Assembly: GCA_022749815.1 (NCBI GenBank)
Contig: JAKIWV010000003.1
Span: 40,938 to 104,937 of the forward strand
Source: Thermoplasmata archaeon
Lineage (GTDB): Archaea; Thermoplasmatota; Thermoplasmata; Lutacidiplasmatales; UBA184
Direction: 5' to 3'
Length of the DNA stretch: 64,000 nt
In this document: piece by piece, positions 44,383 through 53,061 of the stretch
How positions within the stretch are numbered: the stretch's first letter is position 1
How the letters are laid out: each line of letters begins with the position of its first letter
Program-made: the position numbers and the translations under genes
Notes under the pieces: model-generated
Told to the model about the DNA's origin: nothing
What the model saw: the letters and a program-made list of their open reading frames with translations, nothing else
Database searches by the model: none

Positions 44383-45510
44383 ATGTGGCTCGCCGACGTC
44401 GTGGCACCGGGGCGCCACCTATTTGGTCCGCGGGCCCTCCCGCCGTTCGTGGCGGCACGCCGAGGCAAACGCCCCGTCCGGACCTATGCCGGCGCCGGAG
44501 TGGACCGGCGAAGGACAGCGGGCGCCCTCGCGGCGCTCCTCGCGAACGTTCGATATCGGCCGCCCGTAGCGAGCGGCCGACCGATTCCCCTGCGGGGACA
44601 TTACGCGGGGCTGATCCGGATCGGTCGGGAGACGATTGCGATCACGACCGACACCGTGGGCACGAAGTCTATCCTCGCCGAGCAGCTCGACCGCTGGGAA
44701 GAGATCGGGATCGACGCCGTCGCGGTGAACGTCAACGATCTCGCGTCCGTCGGGGCGCGTCCCGCCGGCCTGGTGGACGTCATTTCGTGCCGCCGCGCGG
44801 ACCCGAAGGTCTTCGCCCAGATCGGTCGCGGCATCGATCGGGGCCTCCGGGCCGCACGGTGCTCCCTTCTGGGAGGGGAAACCGCGATCGTTCCGGAGCT
44901 GGTCCAAGGCCTCGACGTGGGAGGCACTGCGATAGGATTCTTCCCGCGGGGGCGTGCGCCGGTCACCGGGGCCCGGATTCGACCGGGAGACGTTCTCCTC
45001 GGAATCCCCTCGAGCGGGCTTCACGCCAATGGTTTCACGCTCGCGCGACGGGTCCTGGCCGGGTCGATTTCCGGTGGACGGACGCGTCGCCGAGGGAGTC
45101 GCCGGTCCATCGGCGTCGAGCTGCTCACTTCGAGTCGGATCTACGTCGCCGCCTCCGAAGCGCTGGCCGACCGCCCGGGCACGACCGGCTTCGCGAACGT
45201 TTCAGGTGGCGGGGTGCGGAACCTGACCCGGCTCCACCGAAACGTGCAGTTCGTGCTCGATCGCTGGCCCAAGCCCGCCGGGGTGTTCCAGTGGCTGGCG
45301 GAGGCAGGGAAGATCTCGCCGACGGAACTCTACCAGACGTTCAACATGGGGATCGGCTTTGTCGTCGTGGTCCGCCCCTCATCGGCCGCGGAGGCACTGC
45401 GCCACCTGCGCGTCGCGGGTTACGGGGACGCGCAGGTCGTCGGTCGCGTGACGCGTGGCCGCGGTGTCGTGCTCCCTCGTCTGGGCCCGTCGTACGCAAG
45501 CTACGCCTGA
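44383..45510 (+). CDS. purM: Phosphoribosylformylglycinamidine cyclo-ligase (AIR synthase)
   Basis: TDTVGTKS, AVNVNDL, GGETA motifs. The exact start is uncertain. Confidence 0.8.
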   Translation: MWLADVVAPGRHLFGPRALPPFVAARRGKRPVRTYAGAGVDRRRTAGALAALLANVRYRPPVASGRPIPLRGHYAGLIRIGRETIAITTDTVGTKSILAEQLDRWEEIGIDAVAVNVNDLASVGARPAGLVDVISCRRADPKVFAQIGRGIDRGLRAARCSLLGGETAIVPELVQGLDVGGTAIGFFPRGRAPVTGARIRPGDVLLGIPSSGLHANGFTLARRVLAGSISGGRTRRRGSRRSIGVELLTSSRIYVAASEALADRPGTTGFANVSGGGVRNLTRLHRNVQFVLDRWPKPAGVFQWLAEAGKISPTELYQTFNMGIGFVVVVRPSSAAEALRHLRVAGYGDAQVVGRVTRGRGVVLPRLGPSYASYA

Positions 45511-45570
45511 GCCCGCGTCCGATGCCTGCACCGCGAGGAGCGCGCGGGCCCGACCGAGTAAGGGATTCCT

Positions 45571-46086
45571 TCACTGCTTGTTCTGAGCCGAATGCTTAGA
45601 CAGGTACGTGGCGATCGCGCGAACCACGGACTCGACCGGTTGGGTCGCGTCGATCCCGACGCCCCAATCGAACTCGGTGGACTTCGCGTAGACGCTCGCT
45701 GTTGCCTCTCGACCGTGCGGCGGGTCTCTCTGACCGTCTCGCTGGATGCAGAGGTTTAGAGGGGCCTTCAAGGTGAAGACGTGATGCGGAAAGTTGAGCC
45801 GCGCTATCAGGCCCGCGATCTGGGACCTCCAGTAGAAGTTTCCGTCGAAGATCACCGGCGTCCCCCCCTCGAGGAAGCTTCTGGCTCGCTCGGCGGCGAG
45901 CTCGCTCGTCCGGAGGAAGCATCGTTCCGAGTAATGCCCCATCGCATCGTCCCACTCTTCGACGTCCGGCTCATCCAGAATTCGGTCGACCGAGAGATAC
46001 TCGGCCCCGAGGACCTTCGCGAGCCGTTCGGACACAGTGGACTTGCCGACTCCCAAAGGTCCTCGGATAACGATGTAGAAGACCAT
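45571..46086 (-). CDS. P-loop kinase/NTPase (AAA_33-like)
   Basis: IVIRGPLGVGKSTVSERLA Walker A. ATG 46086 inside ORF 45571..46200. Confidence 0.6.
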   Translation of the reverse strand: MVFYIVIRGPLGVGKSTVSERLAKVLGAEYLSVDRILDEPDVEEWDDAMGHYSERCFLRTSELAAERARSFLEGGTPVIFDGNFYWRSQIAGLIARLNFPHHVFTLKAPLNLCIQRDGQRDPPHGREATASVYAKSTEFDWGVGIDATQPVESVVRAIATYLSKHSAQNKQ

Positions 46087-46203
46087 GGCCCCGTCGGCTC
46101 GCGGGAAAAGAATGCGGAACCGAAGAATACCTTTGGCTCCTGGACCGGAACAGTCCCACGATTTCTGACCGTGCGCAGTCGAGGGAGATTCCACCGCCAA
46201 CCG

Positions 46204-46213
46204 TTTTAGATTT
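46204..46213 (+). promoter_or_regulatory. TATA-like box upstream of the EamA transporter gene
   Basis: TTTTAGATTT centred about 25 nt before the ATG at 46233 (leaderless geometry). Confidence 0.4.
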
Positions 46214-46232
46214 CACCGGGCTGCGGCGCCGG

Positions 46233-47249
46233 ATGAGCGCGGGACACTCGTCGTCCGGACTCTCCGCGCTGCTGGCGATCGGCGCGGCCTTCCTCTGGTC
46301 GACCTACTTCTTCTTCGTGCTTGCGATGACCCCGGGGACGGCCCCTTCGGCCCTGATGGCGTACCCCTTCCTCATCGGCGGCGGGCTATACATTGCGTGG
46401 GCCGTCTGGTTCGGCCACGGCCGCCTCGTGCTCCAGCTCTACCGTGAGCCGGCGGCGTGGGTTCGCGTAGGCCTGATCGTGCTGATGCAGCTTTCAGTGC
46501 TGGGCGCCACCTACACGGCCGGAGCGGTGAACACCTCGCTCCTGTCGTTGCTGGGTGACGCGGCGATGACCCCACTGCTCGCGATGATCGTCCTCAGAGA
46601 GGGTCGTCATCGGGCCCGGTCGCCGCTCTTCCTCGGCGGTCTGACGACGGCCGCCTCGGGCGCGGCGCTCACGATCCTCGCCGGAGGAACGGTAGGGCCC
46701 TTCCACGGATGGGCGCTCGTCATCGCACCGTTCGTGCCCCTCGCCGTCGGAGCGTTCTTTGTGCTCTCCGCGCGCGAAGGTCAGCATCGACCCACGAGCG
46801 CCCTCCTCGGGCATTCCACGTTCACGGGCGGGCTCGTCTGCGCGGTGATCGCCGGCCTGCTGCCCGGCGGCTGGTCCGGCCTCGTGCTCACTTCTCCGCA
46901 CGTCATCCTGCTCATGATCGGCCTGGGTTCGACCTCGTTCTTCGTGGCTACGGTCCTCTATTTCGCCGCGATTGCCCGGTCCGGGATCATCCTGCCCACG
47001 TTGTTCCAGGTGCTCATTCCGATCTTCACCCTGGGACTCGCGGCGCTCTTGCTGCACCAGATCCCCACTCCCCTCGGCCTTCTCGGGATCCCGATCGCCG
47101 TGGCCGGGGGAGTGATCGCCTACCGAGGAGCCTTGGCTCCCGCCCCTCTGCCGCCCTCGACCGCCCTGCTCGACGAGGGCGGAGCGCTGGCCCCCGACCG
47201 GCCCCTCCCTGCGGGGGACCGGCCCCCGCCGGACGTCAGAACTCCATGA
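46233..47249 (+). CDS. EamA/DMT-family transporter
   Basis: 10 TM helices in two 5-TM halves. Confidence 0.7.
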   Translation: MSAGHSSSGLSALLAIGAAFLWSTYFFFVLAMTPGTAPSALMAYPFLIGGGLYIAWAVWFGHGRLVLQLYREPAAWVRVGLIVLMQLSVLGATYTAGAVNTSLLSLLGDAAMTPLLAMIVLREGRHRARSPLFLGGLTTAASGAALTILAGGTVGPFHGWALVIAPFVPLAVGAFFVLSAREGQHRPTSALLGHSTFTGGLVCAVIAGLLPGGWSGLVLTSPHVILLMIGLGSTSFFVATVLYFAAIARSGIILPTLFQVLIPIFTLGLAALLLHQIPTPLGLLGIPIAVAGGVIAYRGALAPAPLPPSTALLDEGGALAPDRPLPAGDRPPPDVRTP

Positions 47250-49818
47250 GCGACTTCGACTTCCGGGGCCGCTTGGACGGCTGGGCGAGCCCGGCGACCG
47301 GGTCGTCGAGCGCGGACGCCGACGGCGCGCCATCGGAGGTGACGGGCGCGCTGTCGCCGAGGGTGCGCTGGCGGCTCCCCTGGAGGAGGTCGGCGGCGTT
47401 CCACCCGAAGACCTCGGTGACCCTCGCAAGCGTCTGGGCGACCCGCTCGGCATAGTACGGGTAGTCGGGGCGTTTGTCCGGCGGGAAGGGCCGGCCCTCG
47501 ACCCACGGCTCGACCTCCTGGGGGGTCCTCCGGGCGTTGGTGACGACCCAGGCCACCTTCATGCCGGGGATCACGTCGAAGCCTTCGGCCAGGAGCTGCT
47601 TGAAGACTCGGAGGAAGGGGAGGTTCTCCCGGGTCGAGGCGTTGTACTGTTCCTCGGGTCGGACCGTGCGGGCGATCACCAGGCGTTCCACGGGCACCTT
47701 CCCGTCCTGGACCTCCCCGACGAGCTCGCGCGCTCGAACGAGCGTCCCTTGCGTGTCGCCCGAGAGGATCTTGTCGAACACCTCCCGGAGCGCCGCGGAC
47801 TGATAGTCGAAGGTGTCCGTCCGCTGCGTCTCGTAGCCTCGGATGACGATGTCGTCCTTCGGCCAGACCGTGTGGCCGACGTAGCGCTTCTTGGCGCCGT
47901 GGGAGAAGAGCGCCTCGTAGACGGACTGGAACTCGAACGTGACCCCCTTCTCGGTGAACCGACGGGCGACCTCCTGGCCGCACCGCATCGCCCCTTCGAG
48001 CGTCGGGTCGGGCGATTTCACGAACACCGAATCGGTGTCGGAGTAGACCACCTCAATGTGGTCCTGCTCGAGGGTCGTGATGATCGTGGTGATCGCCTGG
48101 CGGCCGAACGAGGTGATCGCCGCTCCGATCTTCTGGTCGGTGAACCGGTAGAAGCTCGATGCGAGCACCCCGTAGAACGAGTTCATCAGGATCTTGACCG
48201 CGCTCTGCAGGCCGTCATAGTACTGCTTCAGCTCCGGCGAGGTAGCCTCCCGGCCATTCTGCCGGAACGCCTCTCGCTCCGCGAGCAGCTCCCCGAGCAG
48301 TTCGGGGATCAGGCCGGCTCGCTGCTCCTGCGTCAGGAAACGGGCGCCCGAGGGGCTGACCGTCGGCCCCTCGTCCGCGATGGTGGTGAAACAGATGTTC
48401 TTCGAGATGATGATGTTCGGGTACATCGATTTGAAGTCGAGCACCACGATCCAGTTGTACAAGCCGGGCCGGATCGTGTGAACGTATCCCCCCTCGATCG
48501 GCGTATCGCTCCGGCCGAATCGACTCTGAGGGACGCCAATGTTCCTCCGGTCCGCCCGCGGAATCAGTATCGAATCTACAAAGAGGGACGTCCGTCCGTT
48601 CAACCCCTCTTCGAGCGGAAGGTTCGCAACGGTCGCGAGGTCCCGGGCTTTGTCGAGCGAATGGAGGCGGAGGAGAATTCGAGCGGCGAGCCGGGCGTCG
48701 CGTTCGCAGTACTCCATCACCCGGACGGGGTCCTTCGCCCACTCCCCTTCGATGTTGCGACGGTCGACGTCGAGCTTTCCCTCCCCGAGGAGCTGCTGCG
48801 CGACGAACTGCAGACTCTCCTGCTTGGGACGGAGTTCGGTCCGCGCGGACCACCAGGCGTCGGCGAAGACGCGTCCGTGCACCTTCCACAGGCGGTCCCC
48901 CCCCGCGTTGTCCGGTTCGCTCCCATCGCGACCGAGGGCGAGACGGGGCAGCTTCAGGGCTGCGAACCGTTCCTTCAGCAGCGGTAGGTCGTACCCCCCA
49001 ATGTTGTACCCAGTGATCACGTCGGGGTCGTACTGCCGGACCTTCTCGACAAAGGTGGTAAGAATATCCGCCTCGGACCCGGTCGCTCCGATCCGGAACG
49101 CGTCGATCTCCTCCCCGTCCCGGTACACCGTCCCGCAGATCGTGAAGATCGTTCGGGTGCGGATCGCGTTCTCAATGTCGAAGGAGAGGACCGTCAGCGG
49201 GGGACGGAACGGTTCCGCCGGCCCCAAGTCACGGGTCGTGGTGACCACGCGCACCACCCGGGACTGGGGGTACCGGGCGGCGACCTCCGGCGTCTCGGGC
49301 TCCGCCTGGAATCGCAGGGTGAGGCCCACCCCCTTGTCGTACAGGAACCGGTGAACGAAGGGGATGTCGCACGAGAGCACGCTCCATTGCTCTCCCGGCC
49401 GGCGATATCGGTCCCGGAAGTCCGGCACCAGCCCGGGGTGCTGGACGCTGACCTTCACGCAGGGCCGGTCCTTTCCTTCGACCCACAGAGTGAGTTCTCC
49501 GGTCGAGATGACGCGGCGTTCCTGTTTCAATTGCTGGCGTTGCTCCGGGGTGGGCTCGCAGACGATGAAATAGGGTTGGAATCCATAGTACCGGGCCACT
49601 AGCGACTCGCCGGCGCGGGTTCGACCGAACAGTTCGACGACCACTCCCTCGCCGTATTGGGTGGACGAGCCGCCGACGAGGAAGAGTTCGACGTCCTCCG
49701 CAATGGTAGGTCCGGTCCGCGCCTCGAGGGTTGTCCCCAACCGTCCGGAGTCCCCTCCGGCCTCTCGTAGCGACGCGTCCGTTCCCGAACCCCCCCTCGA
49801 ACGCGTTCTTTCAGGCAT
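47236..49818 (-). CDS. polB: Family B DNA polymerase
   Basis: Exo I FDIEN, motif A DFKSMYPNII, motif B KILMNSFYG, motif C YSDTDS. Confidence 0.9.
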   Translation of the reverse strand: MPERTRSRGGSGTDASLREAGGDSGRLGTTLEARTGPTIAEDVELFLVGGSSTQYGEGVVVELFGRTRAGESLVARYYGFQPYFIVCEPTPEQRQQLKQERRVISTGELTLWVEGKDRPCVKVSVQHPGLVPDFRDRYRRPGEQWSVLSCDIPFVHRFLYDKGVGLTLRFQAEPETPEVAARYPQSRVVRVVTTTRDLGPAEPFRPPLTVLSFDIENAIRTRTIFTICGTVYRDGEEIDAFRIGATGSEADILTTFVEKVRQYDPDVITGYNIGGYDLPLLKERFAALKLPRLALGRDGSEPDNAGGDRLWKVHGRVFADAWWSARTELRPKQESLQFVAQQLLGEGKLDVDRRNIEGEWAKDPVRVMEYCERDARLAARILLRLHSLDKARDLATVANLPLEEGLNGRTSLFVDSILIPRADRRNIGVPQSRFGRSDTPIEGGYVHTIRPGLYNWIVVLDFKSMYPNIIISKNICFTTIADEGPTVSPSGARFLTQEQRAGLIPELLGELLAEREAFRQNGREATSPELKQYYDGLQSAVKILMNSFYGVLASSFYRFTDQKIGAAITSFGRQAITTIITTLEQDHIEVVYSDTDSVFVKSPDPTLEGAMRCGQEVARRFTEKGVTFEFQSVYEALFSHGAKKRYVGHTVWPKDDIVIRGYETQRTDTFDYQSAALREVFDKILSGDTQGTLVRARELVGEVQDGKVPVERLVIARTVRPEEQYNASTRENLPFLRVFKQLLAEGFDVIPGMKVAWVVTNARRTPQEVEPWVEGRPFPPDKRPDYPYYAERVAQTLARVTEVFGWNAADLLQGSRQRTLGDSAPVTSDGAPSASALDDPVAGLAQPSKRPRKSKSLMEF

Positions 49819-51263
49819 ATTTCACCGTTCACCCGCGGGATCGACTTCTTCCGCTGGCGCCACGCTGTGTTCTCGGCCTCTCATGCACGCGAATCCCTCA
49901 GTATCTATCCGCACCGTTGTCGTTCCTCACCATCTCGAGCCCGACCTTATTCGAGCTCTGGCTGACGTTCGCTCTGCAGTCAACCGCCTTCTCCCCGATT
50001 GGCGAGCACATCCGGAAGAGTCCCGGTACGAGGCGGCCAAGCGCTCGTACCCTCTCCTCAGGACCCATTATCCACATCTCGCCTCCTCCTGGCTTATGAC
50101 CGTCGCAAGCGAACTCTCCGCCGTACTCCGCGCTTGGGATCGTTCCTTGCGTCGGATCAGACTGCAGAACCCATTGAGATTCTAACGGATGCAGCATATG
50201 ACGCCTTGGCGGCGCCGCCTCAAAGCGAGCCGCCACCACAATCTGTTCCGTTGGGACCCGGAGTCTTCCCGCCTCACGGTCAGCCTCCGACCTGGCGTTC
50301 GCGTTAACGTCAACCTCTCCTCAGTCGCGAACCCCCTCTTCCGAAAGTACGGCGAGGCCTCCAATTGGCGCTTCGGCCTTACCCTAAACCCAGTTGCCCT
50401 CCTCTTCCATTTCCGAGTTCCCCATTCAATCACCATCCCCCCAACCCAAGCAGGCGTCGACCTCAACTTTCACTCTGCCGACATCGCCACGTCCGATGGA
50501 GTGCTGACCCGTGTCGACCTCCACCCGATTACCCAACTCCAGGAGCGGATGTTCCGCAAGCGGCAGTCGATCACACGTCAGGTTGCGAAGGACTTCCGAC
50601 AGCAACGGGCAGTTCTACGACGTTACCACCGCCGGGAAACGCGTCGTGTGACACCACTCCTCCACCACGCAGCCAACGAACTCCTCGAGAAAGTCGGAGA
50701 GCGGAGCCTCGTCTTCGAGGACCTCACGGATGCTACCGAGTCGATCGCCCGGCGTTAACGGGGGCTTGAAGGTCCGGCACTGCGCCGTCGTCTCTCTGCA
50801 TGGACCCACGGGCGCCTGGCGGAGATAGTGACCTACAAGGCCCGAACGCCGATCGTCTGGGTGAACCCGGAGGGGACCTCCTCGGAGTGTCCCCGGTGCG
50901 GAGGGCACCTGGCTCTCCCGTCCGGAGGAAAGGCCCGGTCGCGAGGACCGATGACCAGACAGACGGTCTGTGGTGAATGTGGAGGCGCATGGCATCGGGA
51001 TGCGGCGGCGGCAATCGTCATCCTGGCCCGCGGCCGTCGTCTCCTTCGGGGAGCGACTGTTCCTCCGAGCGCGCGCACCGCGCTTCTGGAGGCGGCGACG
51101 TGGCGTCTGAGGGAGGGGAACCGCGTAAGCGGCCCGTCCTACTCGGGCCTCACGGTCGAGCCGATGAAGGGAGACGACGCGAAGTCGGGATGACCGAGCT
51201 CGAGCAAGGTTTCCGGACAGACAGTTATACAGTTGTCCCGCGCCGTTGATTCCGGGAGGTGTT
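49819..51263 (+). mobile_element. IS200/IS605-family element carrying only tnpB (IS1341-like); maximal bounds set by flanking genes
   Basis: The tnpB ORF fills the space between the polB start and the udg stop. Locally lower GC by eye. No Y1 tnpA. Exact ends not determined. Confidence 0.6.
49883..51193 (+). pseudogene. tnpB: TnpB/OrfB RNA-guided endonuclease homolog interrupted by two in-frame TAA codons
   Basis: A single frame of 437 codons. TAA at 50183-50185 and 50756-50758. RuvC D (GVDLN), E (VFEDL), D (HRDAAAA) and zinc ribbon CPRCG...CGECG. Confidence 0.8.
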
Positions 51264-51884
51264 TTAGGCGGCGCCGAGGCGAGCGAGGATGGAGGCGAGG
51301 GTCTTCCCGTCGCGCTTCCAGCGGCGGAGGAACCCAAGCGATCGAGCCGCCGCGGCGGGGTGGATCATCGGGAAGAACCGGAGTCCCCGCCAACGGGAAA
51401 TGTGCCCCGCGGCGGCCGTCATCGGCAACAGGTCGGGGCGGAACGCCGAGAGCGCGGAGACCCCCAGCGTGACGACCATCATCGGCTGGAGAAACTCGAT
51501 CTGGCGCGCGAGGAAAGGGCGGCACGCTTCGGCGGCTTCGAGACTGAACCGGTTCTGGGGCGGTCGACACTTGATCACATTGAGGACGGCAAACTCGCTC
51601 TCGAGGAGTCCCACGCCATGGATCAGTTGATCGAGCCGCTTCCCCGCCGCGCCCACGAATGGAAGACCCGCCCGATCCTCTGCGGCCCCCGGCGCCTCGC
51701 CGACGAACAGCACTCTCGGTCGAAGGCTCCCTCGATGGATCGCCGGGTGCGCACGGAGGTCTCCGAGCGGACAGCGCCGGCACCGGTCGATCTCGCGATT
51801 GAGACGCGTCCATTCCGCGAGGGACCGGCGATGCGTGCGGGGCACCAACGGCCAGACCTCATCCACGGTCGGCAGGCGGGGCAT
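51264..51884 (-). CDS. udg: Uracil-DNA glycosylase, family 4 (FeS)
   Basis: CRRCPL, VLFVGEAPGAAED, NVIKCRPP motifs. ATG 51884 inside ORF 51264..52160. Confidence 0.8.
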   Translation of the reverse strand: MPRLPTVDEVWPLVPRTHRRSLAEWTRLNREIDRCRRCPLGDLRAHPAIHRGSLRPRVLFVGEAPGAAEDRAGLPFVGAAGKRLDQLIHGVGLLESEFAVLNVIKCRPPQNRFSLEAAEACRPFLARQIEFLQPMMVVTLGVSALSAFRPDLLPMTAAAGHISRWRGLRFFPMIHPAAAARSLGFLRRWKRDGKTLASILARLGAA

Positions 51885-51993
51885 CGTCTCCCGTATCCCC
51901 GTGGGCCGTAAACGAGTATGTCTGGCGGGCCCCCCGGACGAGAGGCCCGTTTCGAAGCCTTGGGCCGCCCCCCACCGTGGGCAGGAAGGCCCG

Positions 51994-52980
51994 TTACACG
52001 GGCCCCGCGGACGGTAACCGGAAGAACCCGGATTGGAGGCGCACCTCGCCGGTCGTCCGGTCGATGTCTCCGTGAACCCCAATGCCGCGTCCGAATCCTC
52101 CGGCCTCGACGACGTACCAGAAGACTTCGAACACGTTTCCCTTCGGAACGGCCTCTCCAAAGTGGTACCGACGGCTCAGCCAGCGGTTCTTCTGGAGCGC
52201 CGAAAGGTACGTCCGGTCGAGGGCGGCTTGGGCGGAATCGACCGGACCGCTCGATGCCGGCACCTTGGCGACATCCATGCTCCGTCCTTCCGTGGAGGTT
52301 CCCGTGCCGAGCCGGAGGGAGCGGTACCGGATCCGATAGCGGTCGGGCGAGTCGACTTCATCCGCGAGTAGCCACACCCACGGGTTGGTCGTCGGGACGA
52401 CCGCCGAGTATCCCTCCCGTTGGCGGTGAACGCCGGCCCGCCATCGGGCCACGCTCCGCAGCGTCAGATACGCGCCGTAGACCCCGACCAGGATCCAGAC
52501 CGTCTCGACCCATACGTCGAACCGAACCGTCCCGTGTTCAGCGATGAGCACGGCCAGCGTGGCTCCAGTGAGGAGCAAGGTGCCGAAGTTGACGGCGACG
52601 TCCGCATCCATTCGAAGCGTGCGCCGAGAGAACGGGGCGAGCGGCGTGACCGCATAGTGAGTGAACCCGTCGAGGACGAGGTGCGACAGCCCGCCGATCT
52701 CCATCGCGACGAAATAGAGCAGAGTCGAGGCGTGGGGGAAGTACGGGAGGAAGGGGACGACGAAGGAACCGACAGCGGCGATGACCGTCACGCCGAGGAC
52801 GGAGTGGACGATGCCGCGGTGGTGGAGGGAGGGGAACCATCGGGTGAGGGGAAACAGCAAGATGTCCGCGTCCGGTAACCCTCCCGCGAGCGCCCCCGCG
52901 GCGATGTACTGGGGAGCGGCGGGTCCCCAGATCACGAAGGAGAGAAGGTAGGCAAAGATCACGTGAGTGAACAGGTCCAT
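51994..52980 (-). CDS. DUF457/YdjM-type membrane-bound metal-dependent hydrolase with extra C-terminal domain
   Basis: MDLFTHVIFAYLL...HRGIVHS...LDGFTH histidine motifs. About 150-aa soluble extension. Confidence 0.65.
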   Translation of the reverse strand: MDLFTHVIFAYLLSFVIWGPAAPQYIAAGALAGGLPDADILLFPLTRWFPSLHHRGIVHSVLGVTVIAAVGSFVVPFLPYFPHASTLLYFVAMEIGGLSHLVLDGFTHYAVTPLAPFSRRTLRMDADVAVNFGTLLLTGATLAVLIAEHGTVRFDVWVETVWILVGVYGAYLTLRSVARWRAGVHRQREGYSAVVPTTNPWVWLLADEVDSPDRYRIRYRSLRLGTGTSTEGRSMDVAKVPASSGPVDSAQAALDRTYLSALQKNRWLSRRYHFGEAVPKGNVFEVFWYVVEAGGFGRGIGVHGDIDRTTGEVRLQSGFFRLPSAGPV

Positions 52981-53061
52981 CTACGCGGCCTCCGCGCTCG
53001 CGGGCCCGCCTGGGCCGTACGGGTGTCTCGCCACCGACGGTTCCTCCAGCAGGGGCCCACC

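Noticed and set aside
47236-49818. Inteins in PolB or aEF-2.
   Set aside because: The lengths (860 and 733 aa) and the uninterrupted motifs A/B/C and G1-G5 leave no room for an intein insertion.
50183-50758. Reassignment of TAA as a sense codon (an alternative genetic code) to explain the tnpB interruptions.
   Set aside because: TAA terminates well-defined genes in the same window (xpd, ctaA, ORF 18118-18834, ORF 18913-19104) at positions consistent with homolog lengths.
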